The translations under genes and the position numbers were made by a program. From the NCBI GenBank assembly GCA_025558095.1, contig JAIVFI010000009.1, positions 496,001 to 560,000 on the forward strand: a stretch of 64,000 nt of DNA, written 5' to 3'. The notes under the pieces are model-generated. The model was not told the origin of the DNA, did no database searches, and saw only the letters and a program-made list of their open reading frames with translations. Source of the stretch: Hyaloraphidium curvatum SAG 235-1. Its lineage: Eukaryota; Fungi; Monoblepharomycota. How positions within the stretch are numbered: position 1 is the first letter of the stretch; each line of letters begins with the position of its first letter. Positions 37,624 through 50,362 of the stretch are shown here, piece after piece.

Positions 37624-39925
37624 CTACCAGAGCTGGATCCGAGCGTTGATCATCTGCCGCCAAAAGACCTCCTCTTCGAGATCTGCCTTGCCCAGCTCCT
37701 CCCTTTCGGGACGGATGATGACCTCGCGGATCGTAGGAAGCGCGTCGGCGATGGCGGAGTAGATCTCGGCCGCTGTCCATTCGTGGGACAGATAGGCGAA
37801 CTGCTCGATATCGAGCCTAGCCAGATCCAACGAGAGGCTGTCGAGCGAGGAATGCACGTTAAGATCCCTCAGGGAAGAAGTGCAGGGTTCGATGAGGATG
37901 AGCTCCCTGATGAATGCCGCGCGGGCAAATGCAGCGAGCCCGGGCATCGAGTCGCTATTCGAGCAAAACAACGACACCTCGAGGTTGCGCGGGCCGGGCA
38001 GGCGGGCAAAGTCGGTGATCCTCGCCGTTTCACACAGGGCGATGCGCCGCAACTTGCTCCCGACGTCGGGGTGGGATCGCAGCGGGTCCATCCATGCACA
38101 GGGCTGCCGCACACGAGAGTCGAAATACAATGACTCGAAGCCCGGTGCCCGGGCAAGCATGCGAATTAGGCCCCCGACGGCCTCTTCGTCGTTGTAACAG
38201 CCGTCCGGAACTTCGACGTGCCGCACCGAACTGGGAAGCCAGGCATAGTGGGGGAACGAGCTTTCCGACGGGGACCAAAACTCCACGCGAGTTAGCAACG
38301 GTCCAGCGAGCTCCAGCATGTCCCAAGGGAAAGGAAAATCTTCGTCGCACGACGTCAGGTCGACCTCCAAGAGTCGGAGAGTAGGTAGAGCAGCTCCGAG
38401 AAGCTTCATCAGCAGCGGTTCGCTAAAGCCGCGGACTACAAACAAAAGTTCTTCGACGTGCGCGAACCTTTGCTCCCTGCTTAGGTATCCTCCCAAGGAG
38501 CACAAGTGGCGGACAGCGTCGTCCCTTTCCGAGAACTCATTGAACTCATTGGTGTTCATCGTATAGAATGAAAGCCGGCGCATCAGCACTGGAAGGACAG
38601 CGATATAGCAGGCTCGGCTGCAGAGCAAGACATGAAGTGCCGAACGGTAGTTCAATGCCCCCGTAAGATGCGCAGCGACGAGCTTCAGAATCTCGGGCGG
38701 GAGGTGTGGCGCGGACGTTGCAGGCGTAAAGCTCTTCAGAACCCGAAGACCCGTGTCGTACCATGTCTTCCTAGCGAGCGAAAGCTCAAGTGCAGTCCTT
38801 TTCATGCCCCGTCTTGCAAGATGCCCGACGACCAGGGAGATCGCTCGGAGCGGAATAGCGGGCCTGCTCGTAGGCACGAACCTTCAATTCGGCAGCGAAA
38901 GCCAGAAGCGGTCCTCGTCCGTTCCTTCGTCCCGCCACCCGTCTCCGCGCAGAACAGTGATGCTGTCGAGCCATTCCAAATCGTAGGCGAGGGAACGAAA
39001 GAAGGTTTCGGGCAAGATGCGGGGATTCCGACGGAGAAAGGCAGCGATTGTGGGGCGAGCGTGGCTCAAAATCAGCTTCTCGGAACAGTCAGGCAGAAAA
39101 AAGAAGCGCAAATCCTCCGTCGGGACGTGCGAAAGCGTGAAACAATTGATCCAGACGGTATCTCGATCGCGCAGGCGCAGACTGGAATCAGTCGTTCTCG
39201 TATCCCACGTCGAGTTGTTGCCCTTTCTCGAAGCCCGGAATGCGCAGGATGTTGTCCAAATCCTCGCCAGCGTCGGTACACACCTCTTTCAGCTTTGAAA
39301 GCAGACCGGGGCACCGGCTTAGGGGATGCCCGGCAAAGTCCGCCACGTTCAGCCCTTCTCTGTGTGCCCATTCCTCCAAGCCGGGCGACCTGTTCTCCAA
39401 AAGATCAAAGATGATTCCGTCAGGGTCCAAAGAGTTCTTCCATCGCAAAACTACGCGGCGAACCGATTTGGGCAGGCTGACGCTTTCCAGATACTCCGGG
39501 GCTCTCGTACGAAGAGAGAGGAAAAGCTCCGAAGGCCCCGAGTCCACAAGTCCCGGAAGACAATCAAATGCCTGGCGTGCGAAGTCCCCGTAGCACACCA
39601 CGAGATCCAGTCTCTGGAGATGAGGCAACACGGTCTGCAGCAGTCGGTTCCACGGCCAAGTTGGCGGGTTCTTCAGGTTGCATTCCACCTCCTTCACGTA
39701 TCGGAGGCCCGAAAACCGCGGCAAAGCTTCCGAGAATGTCGATGCGGCGACCGCCTCCATTTGCGTTTCCAGCTTTTGGACAAAACGAAGGCGGCGGTAC
39801 AGGTTGGGCAAAGATGCGTGGAAGCACTCGCGGTTCGCGAGGGCCAGCTCCAGCGCGGAACGCATCAGCTCCATCGAAGCGAGCTCGGCGACCAATGATG
39901 CGATGATTTCGGACGGAAGCTCCAT
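37624..39925 (-). pseudogene. Tandem-module F-box-like/LRR-like gene with a frameshift (about 39190) and an in-frame TGA (38884-38886)
   Basis: ORFs 39188..39925, 38884..39111 and 37624..38877 are collinear pieces; the last two are in frame across one TGA; three F-box-like motifs. Confidence 0.7.
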
Positions 39926-40131
39926 TGGGCGCTGGTGCGCTTTGAAGCGTAGTCGTCCAACGCGCGCGTTTTCGCGCGCGGGATCAATGATCGCACTCCA
40001 GACCTGGGCCCGCCCGCTGGACTAGACTGGCACCGTTTGCTCGGTTCCAGAGTCGGCTGAACTCGCTCGCATCGTTCTTGCCGACCGCTTGAAGGGTAGC
40101 GCCGTCCGGTTTCCCCCGCCGTACCGCAGCC

Positions 40132-41802
40132 ATGGGTGTAGGATTCCGCGTTCCCCGGCACTCTGGCGCCCCGCTGACCTTTCCTTCGAACATCAGGGCG
40201 GAGACCTCAACTTGAAGAGTGAGTCTCGCTCGGTCTCCGTGGCCTGGGACCTTCTCTGACCACGGTGTCCCGCAGAGAGCTGGCATCCTGCCACGCTTCG
40301 CAACATCGAGAAAGTATGGCAGACGGAGCAGAAGGCCGCGGCCGAGAAGCGCAAGGTGGACCAGCTGCGCAAGGAACTGGAGGAAGAGAGGCAGAAGGAG
40401 GAGCTGAAGAAGCTCCACGCGGCAGCCAGCGGAAAGTGCGTTCCCCGTTGCTGCGCACCGCCCCCACCGTACTAACCCGCTTCCGGCCTTCAGAAAATAC
40501 CAAGAAAAAGTCGACTGGATGTATTCTTCGGGGCCGATGGGGTCCGGAGCTACGCTGGCGGATGAGCGCGAGGAGTTCCTGCTCGGCCGCAAGAAGGTGG
40601 ACAAGATTGTGGAGCAGGGGACCAAGGTCGAGGAGCTGAACCCGACGACGTCGACGGCGCACGCGCGGACGGGCAACTCTGTTTACGGTGCCACCGCCAA
40701 TACCCTGCGCGACATGCAGTCCAAGATCCGGGACGACCCTCTGCTGATGATCAAGAAGCGCGAGCAGCAGGCCATCGAAACGACGCTGGCCAACCCGCTG
40801 CGCGTCAAGGAGATCAAGGAAAAGGTGGAAAAGACCAAAAAGGAGAAGAAGGAGAAGAAGAAGCGCCGGAAGGACTCGGACTCGGATTCTGACGACGGCA
40901 AGCGCCGCCGCAAGCGATCTCGATCTCGCTCGAGATCGAGATCGCCTGACAGGAGGCGGGAGCGGAGTCTTGACAGGCGGGACAGCGACCGCAGGCGGGA
41001 GCGGTCGCCCGAACGGGATCGCAGGCGCGAACGGTCGCCTTACGGCCGGGACGGACGGCGGGACAGGGAAAGATCCCCGATTGACAAGCGGCGCCGCTCT
41101 CCCGAAGATCGAAGGCGCTCGCCGGACGATCTGCGCCGCCCCTCGCCGCATGATGCGCGGAGGCGTTCGCCGGACGATGCACGGAGGCGGTCGCCCGAGG
41201 ACTGGCGCCGCAGGTCGCGTTCGCCGAGACGCGACGGTCGTCGTTCTCCGGTTCGCCGCGGTCCGAGCCCCGGTGGCTCGGGAGACAGCGGCGGCGACAG
41301 GCGCGACAGCTATCGGCGTATGGAAGGCTCTCGCGTGGAGAGGGACGGCTTTCGTGGAGAGCGCGAGAGGGATTTCGGCCGCCGAAGCCCCCCTCGTTCG
41401 GACTACCGCGCAAACGGATACGCAAACGGACGCGAACGGCCCGTCAACGGACACGGGGCGCAGAACGGGCATCGCGATCCGCCCCGGGACCCCGAAGCGG
41501 AGAAGAAGGCCAGGGAGGAGAAGCTGAGGCAGATGATGGAGGATGCCGAGGAAATGGACACGCAACGCGAAGTGCGCGTGCAGGAGATGGCCAAGGAACG
41601 GGCCGCCGAGGAGGCACGGGACGCGGCGGAGAGGTCCAAGAGGCTCAAGGAGAGCTCGGGCTTTGCGGGCACCTCGGGCAGCGATGCGGGCTTCCTCAAG
41701 GGCATCCAGTCCAACATTGTCTCCGGCGGTGCACACTCTGCCGCCGATCTCATCCAGCGGCGCCGCAACAATCGCCAAAGGGACGATAGTGACTTCCTCT
41801 GA
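40132..41802 (+). CDS. CWC25: Pre-mRNA splicing factor Cwc25
   Basis: Spliced N-terminus MGGGDLNLKKSWHPATLRNIEKVW; DWMY, EEFLLG, KIRDDPL.MIK; RS-rich region. Confidence 0.93.
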
Positions 41803-43089
41803 TGATCGAAGGTCGGTTGGCGAGCGCATCGAGATGCCCGGCACCAGCGGAGAGACATTATTTCTGTTGTGCAATTGTATGCATTGGTCGATCTAGATTT
41901 TCCACGTCGCCTTGGCCTCGATCGCGGTAGCCTGTTGGCGCCCGCCCCCTTTTTGGCCAGCGCTGGCCGGAGCGCGCCCACGGGCGACTTTTGTTTTTGA
42001 TTACCTGGGGATTGAAAAATCTATTAAGGAGAATAATGTTTACTGACCCGAATCCGGAGCCCGTTTCCACGCCATTTTGCGCGATTCTGGCCCATTCCCG
42101 GCTCTCCTGGCGCGTCTCGAGACCTCCCGATTGCCTCCCTGGTGCTCGATGTGGAGTTCTGCGGCGCCGGGGTCCAGGACTTGGTGCTCTTCCCGGACCT
42201 TGCGCGGAGTCGCCTCGCGGGCTGCAGTCCTCCTGGAAACACGGTTATCCGATGATTTTATCTTTTCTATGGAGCAGTTGGCCAGTGGAACCTGAAGCAA
42301 CGCGTTCCCGGACTCTTGGGGCACGGAAAACCATGCACATCTCCTCGCTGTGACGCAACGCGGGTGCCTTCGAGCACCGCGCGCCGAGAGCACGTTTGGG
42401 AACCTTTAGAAACCTCAGGTACGGGCGGAATGGGCCGCGTCGCTCGTGTGCTGCAGGATTTGGCCGGCTCGAAGTTTGTCGCGCTCGCCCTTCGAATGTG
42501 CTCATTTCTTGGCTCTTCGCTCCGTCGGATGTTCGTTGGAGGAAGCTCTTTCAGCGTGTCACGTGGATCTTATGGCGGGCTCGCTGCTCACGGACTGTCG
42601 ACGCTCGAGACGCGCTACGCGCCGTTGGCGCGATCTACCTGTTGGAATCAAGCGCAACGGGTTCTTTGGTGAAGAGAGCAAATGTCGTTTTGATTGCTTT
42701 TGTTTGGGGCTTCACGCGAGGGACGCTTGGTCCCCTGGTCACCTCAGATGTGGCCAACTTTGCGCCCACACTTCAGAACCCCCTCCCGAGAAGCGGCTGG
42801 TTGCCGAAGATGGAGAACACAACATGCAGGATTGCCGATGCCATGTGGACGAGCAGCTCCGTGGCCGATGGTGACCTGTCTGCCTCCTCGTGTACGTTTC
42901 CCGCAAGACCATCTCGATTTCGCGGGCTTGGCATCAAAGACGGAATCAAATGAATGGAAATGACTGCTTGAAACGCAGATAAGGATGCAGTAATGTCGAG
43001 GAAAGGATTACAAGAGGATATGGTCTATCTTGGCATCTGCCCCGTCCTCCGCGCCTCCCCACCCCTGGCACAGATCGTGAACGCCCCGT

Positions 43090-44143
43090 TCACGTTTCCA
43101 GTCTTGCCATTTGCTCCGCAACCGCCGCTTCGAAGCTACCGCCGTCCCTGGAGGAGAAAAACTTGATCGACTTGATCGTCGCCTTGACCAAGTTCCCGTT
43201 GGTTCTCAGCTTTCCTGGGTTCCGATGATTGACGTTCACGGAGTGCTTGGAAAGCAGATCCGCGTACTTCCGCGGCTCCCGTTTTTGCCCTTTCCGAAGA
43301 GCTGACAGGTGGAAGGCGGCAAGCAAGAGGAACTGCTCTCTCTCAGCCGGATGGTCCACGATATTCAACGGTGAAGCTTTCCCGTTCGAACGGGCGCGTC
43401 CGACGAGGTCACTGGAGCTGAACGAAAGGCGTCGCGTGCCGTCAGGCATGGTCGCCTCGAACTGCGTCCCGAACGGGGAGTGGAGCGAGACACCGATGCC
43501 GCGGCGCACTCGCTGAGCAACGGAAGTCTTGGTCCGTTCGCGAACCTAAAATGAACAATGATTAGAGGTGCTACGTCTTCAAAAGACGGGGAAAGCTCGC
43601 CTGTTCGCGCTCAAACTGTGCCATGAGCGAGTTCATCGCGAGTGACAGCCACGAAGTAGCCGACGGCGCCGAGCCGCTCCAGAAGAAGGTCAGCTCGGGC
43701 TGGTTGACGCAAACGAAGGATTTTCGGGCCTGGGTGAGCTCCTGAATGTAGCTGTGGGTCGCAACCATGTCGCGAGACAACCGGTCCAGCCGGACGACGA
43801 CCAGGCCGGCGTAGTCGTTCGAGGCGAGCAAGGAGACGAATGCAGCATGCAATTCCTTCCGTTCGAACGCCCCAGGCCCCTTGGGCAGTGCCCCGCTGGC
43901 CAGTTCTTCGTGCACCGCGACGACAATGTCCCCGCGCGCGGTTGCCCAGTCCCGGATGATCCCGATCTGATCCACGAGCGACAGATTGTCGCTCCCGTCG
44001 TCCAGCGACTTTCTGACGTAGGCAATCCAGCGCAGGCCTCGCCCAGATCCGAGCTGGGCCGCCGAGGCATAGGTTCCGAACTTTCCAACGAGCGAAACGA
44101 GGTGGGACACGTCCAGCGCGTTGGAAGCATGCTGGGGCTCCAT
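43090..44143 (-). CDS. Serine recombinase (resolvase catalytic domain plus recombinase-like DNA-binding domain), 332 aa, one GC-AG intron
   Basis: AYVRKS (nucleophile Ser), SL..Q, E.ASG, ER.EL, VVRLDRLSR; helix E AQFEREQ|VRERTK restored by intron 43600-43546; SPFG, P.ERE, ADLL, TIKSI in exon 2. Confidence 0.9.
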
Positions 44144-45962
44144 CTCCGCCCAGAAGGACAATCAGCGGCCCGCAATGAAGCAGGAGAGGGCCAAATGCAA
44201 GCTCGATCGGGATGAGGAGACGGTGGCGGGTCGGTTTCGGTCCCTGAAGCGCGACAGACGTTCCGCACGAGAGACAGGGGTACCAGAGCGTCACACACAC
44301 GAACTGAGCCCGCAACCGGCTTGAACATGAGCGCGAGCGACCATAGACGGGCCGGAAAGTGAGGAGGAAGGGGTTCAAAGACGTCAGACAAGGGGTTCGA
44401 ACAGGAGCTTCGCGGCACCTACATCGCGAGGCCCCCAAGCACTGTACAGCCGTTGGCTGCCCCAACGGAGGCACCGAGGATCTTTTTCCGGTCCAGATAG
44501 GAGCGAGAATGGGGGAGAACACGGCCGTTGGTCAGGATTCGTGCCACGAAACGGCGGAGCACGAACCGACGGGGAAGGAATGTTCCGATGCGCCGCCGTC
44601 CAGAGGCAGCAGGAAGCAGACGACACGGCCGCTGGACGTCCGGCTTGGTGCTCTCTCGTGGCACCGGTCGGGTCTCCAGCCATCGCTATCGGAAACCGAG
44701 CGGAGTTCGGGGGAGTCTATCCAAGGGCTCCCTTGGATAGACTATCTGAGACCCGCCGCCGAACCGCGATCTTGGAACTTCACTACACGCTATGCTAGTG
44801 CTCGGATCTCCTTCCCGAGACCAACTAGGATAGAAGAGATGTTGTACTGCCCTCCCTGGGGAACTCAAGGCCAGTCATTTGCTATTCAGGTCGCAGGACC
44901 GCCGAACGTGAGCGAGCGTCTCGAATTCACGTCCCGTCGAGCCTGGTGGGGAAGGGACGATATGGAGGAAACGCCCAAATCCCGACAAGTGCTAATCACA
45001 TTTACATGCGTGGTTTGGGAGCGCAAGAAGAGCTCCGCAGGTCTCATTCACTCTGGGCCGGGCTTGACAGCTGCACACTTGAATGGACGTCCGGCATCTC
45101 GTCAATGCCGAGCAGCAAGATGCTCGAGGGTTCTAACGTACCATACATTGTTTAATAAAGTCATTTCGATGGATGATGGCTTTCTTCCATCCTCTACTGG
45201 TAAGCGAGCGCCGCCGGAGCTCCATGCATGGCATGCTCAAGTTTGGGACCTCGCGGACCCTCCGCATGAGTACGTGAAGTTGTCCAGAGCTGTGAGGCAT
45301 TAGAACTGCATAAGAATACGCGATCTGTTGCAAGGCCGCGTCGATTGAGCTGCCTGTGCGTGAACGCGGGCGGTCGGCGCGGACCCATTTTGGCCGATTT
45401 TGAGCCGTTCCCGAGCCATCCCGCTCACAAAACGCTCTGCAGCACTGCGAGGCGTGCCGATTTCTCAAGTAGTAGTATGAAAGCGTCGAATTCGGCCTGC
45501 ATCTCAATTTCGGTCCGGAGCACCTCGGGGACCCAGACCCCCCCCCTCGTCGGTGCAAATCGACGCCGATGGCGCGCAACCACGCACCAAACCCGGTCTG
45601 CTCCGCGTAATGCGCTGACTCGATGTATATAAGTGCGTAGAAGCTAGAACGGCTACCGGCCAGCGATTTTCGCTTGGTGTAGGTGGTCCAGCAGGTCAAG
45701 ACTAGCCGGTCCGACGCCCTCCCCCGATGTAGTGCCACTTTGCGCCGGTGTGTCGAGCTCCTCAATCCTGGCATCAAGCACATGCCTTTCTGTGCATCGC
45801 ATCACCTCTACGATGGCCGCTGGAGCCGATCCAATCACATCTCTGGCCACATCCGAGCACGTACGATCGCCTTCCGGGTCCGTGTTCACCAGGACGGTCA
45901 ATGGGGACTTCAGATGAGTTGCCCTGCTTCAATTCCACAATCAGATACATGAAACCGATCTA

Positions 45963-48900
45963 TTACTTTGGGAACTCCGTCACAAGAACCACCTTCAACG
46001 CCTCGTAGGCTTTCAGACGGGGGCCACGCAGCGTGGCATCCTTGGCATCAAGGAGGTCGAGAAACTCTCCCTCCAGGTAGGCCCAGTCGGGACCTCCATC
46101 TTCCGCGCGGCGCGTGCCGTAAGCGGGGATGGTAATCTTGCGCTGCGTGTCGTCGCTACGGCGAAATCCATCATCGCAAAGGCCCAGCCGATGGACATGA
46201 GCAGCCCGGCATTTCTCCTCCTTGAGCTGCCCGCAGCGCCGACATAGCTGAGCTTCATCCTTTGGGGCATGCCCTCGCACCTTGGGCTTCGCGGGTTCCA
46301 TGGCCGAAACAGCAACTTCCTGCAGGGTCAACGAAGGAGCGACCTGTCGGGCCAACTGACGTTAAACCACCAGCGCGACAGCAGAGAGAAGCCGGTATGC
46401 CGCTCACCAAAACAGTCGAAGCACCTTGGACGGGCTTCTGGGCCACATGAGCGAAGGCAGCGAGGAGGGCCTCGGCCCAAGCCTCTTTCGAGATCTCGGG
46501 CGGCAAGTGCAGGGGCCTCGGCACGTGCTCGAGCAAAGCGGGCCCAGCTGCCAATGTGGAAGCATCGGGTAGAGCCAGAGACGATGTTGTCCCAGGCGCG
46601 GGCGGCATGGCCCGCTTCTTAGCGGCCGGAACCGACGTCGAGGCCGGCCGCGGTGCCACCGGCGAATCTGCCCGTCCCTGAACCAAATCCTCACGTTTCC
46701 GCTTGCCGCTCAAGGCCATTGCACCGCTTGACGGCTGAAAGGCGACGGGCAAGGGCGCCGGCGTCCTGCAAAAGACGAGGGATGAGCTCAGAAGCCGAGA
46801 TCCGAAAATGGCGTCCACCCACTCCAATACAGGCTCCACAGGCCGGTTTAGAGCCTGCACGGGCGCGGAAGAGAGAGAAGGAACAACGGGAACCTCCAGC
46901 ATGTCTTCCTCCATAGGAGACGAAAGAGGCTGGCTTGCAGCGGCAGTAGAGGCAGCCTTCGGCGACATTTGGCTCGAAGGTCGGGATGGAGACAAAATGA
47001 CCGGCGAGAACAAGCCTGAGGTGGCTACAACGGCGGACCCGAGCTAAAGAACGCCGACATGTTGAGTAAACCATGAATCCACGCTATCGCAATAACCAAC
47101 CTCGGCAAGAGTGCGCTGAAAGTCGGCCTTGATGCCGTAGTTCGGCGCGGCTCTACCACGAGCTTTCGGAGACGGCGACGGCTTGTGCGAAGGACGACTT
47201 TTCGGAGTGAATCCGCGAGGCGAGGCGGGCCGCGCCTTCGGGACAGCCGGATCCTTTTCCCTTTCGGCGACGTAGGCCTGCTGGTCCCGGATCGCCTTCC
47301 CGGCTTGCCGTGCTTCCGCCGAGGTGACGGCACGAATCTCAAAACACTCGTGATCCTCCAGAAGCGGGTTGCATTGTGCAGGGTGACCATTCTGGCGAGC
47401 CAAGCGGTTCCGAGCTTCCAGCATCTGGCAAAGAGCCGGATTCCTGCCCAACTGCTGGGCGTAAAAGTCGCCGAATTTGATGCGCAACACGGTCAGCATG
47501 TAATCGAGATCGAAATGGTCAATCTCCTGCAGGATGGTGTCCTCGAGCTTCGCGTGGCGGCCGAGCCAGTCCTGCAGAAGCCGAAAATAGCCCTCGAGAC
47601 GATTGCTTCCCCTAGCAACCATCACTGAGCCGTCTGCCGCGATGTAGAACAAAATCTCTGGATCGTCCAAACACCCCCTTTCCAGGTGCACTCGAGCGTT
47701 TGCCCAGTTCTTCTCGAACACCTCGACCTTCTTTGGAGGAAGACCGCCGAGGTACCGAAGAGCTTCGTTCTTAGCGGCGTCGAAGGCCTTGACGGCTTCC
47801 TCGCGCGGCAGCATCGGCTGCGGCGTCTTCTCGCCGCTGGGGAGCTCAACTCCCGGGAACTGAATGGAACTCCAAACGATGCCGATGATCTTGTCCTTGA
47901 CAAAATCCGTGACCCCGACGTCCTCGCAAATCCGTTGCACCCAGTGGAAATGGTCGAGACGTACGACCACGAGATCGCCAAACACAGCCTTCACGAGTGG
48001 GGCTAAAGAACCCGGCGAGCCACAGCACCGGTCCACTTGGAGCACGATGACCAGAGTCCCCGGCTCCTCAAAGGCGCCGACAGATTTCCCCGAATCGAGC
48101 TTCTTTCCGTCGATTCCACGGCCCGCAGCCTTCTGAGCCCGCAAAGAGTTACGAAGAACCTCTAGGCCGTGCTTGGCTGCGTCGTCGCCCTTGTTCCGGG
48201 CCATGTACTGCGAACGTCGTCAGAAGTCCCGCTGCATGGGCAGCGCCGAGCGGCTCACCGCGCCAAGAGGAGTACCAGTCGCGGTGATGTACTTGATCAG
48301 CTGAGGTTTGCTGCTCATGGACTCGGCCGCCACGCGGCCGCCGTTCGCCTTTGCAGCCGCATCCTTCTCGGCATCCGCGGCAGCACCGCCGTCAGCATGC
48401 TTGCTGGAGTTGAGGGCCTTGTGGCCCCCATTCTCCTCGTCGTGCACGTAAGCTTGGTGCAGTGCGGTCTTTTCCAGTCCGTCCTGCGCAATGTTCCGGC
48501 CTGCGCGGCGGAGATGAGCCAAGCAGCGAAACCAAATCCGTTCCGCCAGAACCCACAGTCAGCCTGGTACTGATACGAGTGGAAAAGAAGGTCGCCGTAT
48601 CGGTTCCAAACTGCTTCGTGTAGACGAGCCACAAAGGCGGCGTCGATCACATCCCCGGCCATTCTGACGCCAAGTCAACACGCAGGCGAAGGCGCAGCCC
48701 GAATCGCGGCCCAACTCACGAGAATTCGTCCTCCATTGACTCCTGGATCGACTGCGGCTTCTTCCCGCTCTGCCGGAAGAGGCCGGCGAACGTCGGTACG
48801 GTCGTGCCGTCGGAGGGCCCCGCCTGAGAAGGTGCCGAGTCGTTTTCGGCCGAGTCTGATCTCACGACAAAGGAATCCATGCTCGTTTGTTTGGATCCCG

Positions 48901-49979
48901 AAGAGTCTATGGGAACGGAGTCACAGCGTGTCCTCACGATGCCACACAAAAGGTTACCTGAAGAGAAGAATGCGCTGGTCGTCTCCGCATCCGGCATGGG
49001 GCCATGCTTCCCGTGGTGTTGAAGGTGCAGCGCGACGACGTGATGTTCGGCCTCCAGGTCGGCTGGAACCGAGATGTCACGAAAGGGCAAGAACCAGTTC
49101 AGAAAGAGCCGTACCGTTCAGGATCTTGGCCGCCATGCCCGGCCCGCACTCGTTCACCAGGTTGTAGACCTTCGAGAGGAACGACATGTGCACGTACGAG
49201 TGGCCGACCCGTTCGTAAGGGAACACTGCCGACGAATGATTAGCAAGGTCGACAAGATCGATCAGGGAGCGGTTCCTACCGACGTAGCGCAGGTCCGCGG
49301 GAATTCTGTCGAGCAGGTTGTGGGCACCAATCTGGAAGGTGCACTTCCCCGCCTTGGCTTCCCCAAAGTTCTCGCAAACGTATCGCCGGGGGCAAAGAAG
49401 TTCCAACTCTCCATGGGGCCCACGCATGAGGAAGAGATCTTGAACCCAAGCACTGGGCTTCAGCTTCAATCCGCACGTCGGACAAATGAGCCGCGCCAAG
49501 TCCGGGTAGCCCTCCCAGGGAGAAAGGATGAAGGTCGGCCGAAGCGTCACGAGAGAATCCATTTCCGGGGTTCCCGGCCCGTTGAGGACCTTGAAAATCG
49601 GATCCCCTCCATCCCGGAGGACGAAGCGCTCCGGATGACGTCGTAGATCGAAGGGAAAAGGCTGGAGACCATGGGTGAACGGGGTAACCTTCTTCCCCGG
49701 CAACCTCCTCTTTTGGGCGGCCGAGAACTCGAGCTGGAAGGCCGTTCCGTGCTGAGGACGCCCTTCTGGAGGTGCCTCGCCCGCCGAAGCTTGTGGCTGC
49801 TGTCCGGCGGGCTCCCCTCCGCTTTCCGGCTGCCCGGCCGGCGGCGCTGCGGTCTTTGGCGGGCGACCGCGCTTCTTCGTCTGCTTTGGTGCGTCCGAAG
49901 CCTTCATCGCGGGGACCTTAGCCTTCTTCACGCCGCCAGAGACCTTCTTCGCGCCGCCCGTGTTCCGGTTCCGACCCAT
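45963..49979 (-). CDS. DUF6729-type DDE transposase-like protein (about 8 introns)
   Basis: AT-hook KKRGRPPK; F.LSP..CPTC..L...Y.C..C.F...L...P..LR..FP; putative catalytic NIAQDG (48481), QVDRCCG (48031), VRLDHFHW, RGSNRLEGYF (47593); C-terminal CRRC..H..C. Confidence 0.78.
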
Positions 49980-50295
49980 GCCTCCGCTGGCCCGAGAAGT
50001 CGCGTCGAGACGCGACGGTTCGGATCAGTTGGCCTCGTCTTCGGCGCCAGAGTCCTTCCTAGAGCTCAGACTGCCCTGCTTGCAGTCATTCCCGTCCAGA
50101 ATGTCCCCAGGGGATGCTTCAACAGAGGCCTCGTCTCCTCCCGGGGAGAGGAAGCTATAAACCGTCGCGACACGCGGGAAGGCGAGGCTCCTCGCGACAG
50201 TAGCGTTGATTCGAGGGCAGAGAAGGCTACGCCGACGCGCGTCTGGGACGGGGCCGGCGCGCAGGTGGCCTCTCAGGGGGTTTGGCCCGGTGGGG

Positions 50296-50362
50296 GAGGG
50301 TTGGGGAGGGTTGAAAGAGGGTTGAAGAGGGTTGAAGGAGGGTTGAACCGGGTTGAAGGGTT
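50296..50362. repeat. Seven GGGTT(GAA) units at about 10.5-bp spacing
   Basis: GGGTT starts at 50298, 50308, 50319, 50329, 50340, 50350 and 50358. Confidence 0.85.

Noticed and set aside
22659-38886. Stop-codon reassignment explaining the in-frame stops in F-box-like genes
   Set aside because: The lesions differ (TAA, TGA, frameshifts) and conserved genes terminate normally at TGA, TAG and TAA.
42037-46400. Fanzor/TnpB partner (IS607-like system) next to the serine recombinase
   Set aside because: No RuvC motifs were seen in the ORF track. The CRRC motif near 46230 belongs to the transposase C-terminus, and the recombinase shows no N-terminal HTH.
50296-50362. Telomeric repeat or CRISPR-like array
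   Set aside because: Units are irregular, not TTAGGG, and have no spacers. No CRISPR array, tRNA or rRNA was recognised anywhere in the window.
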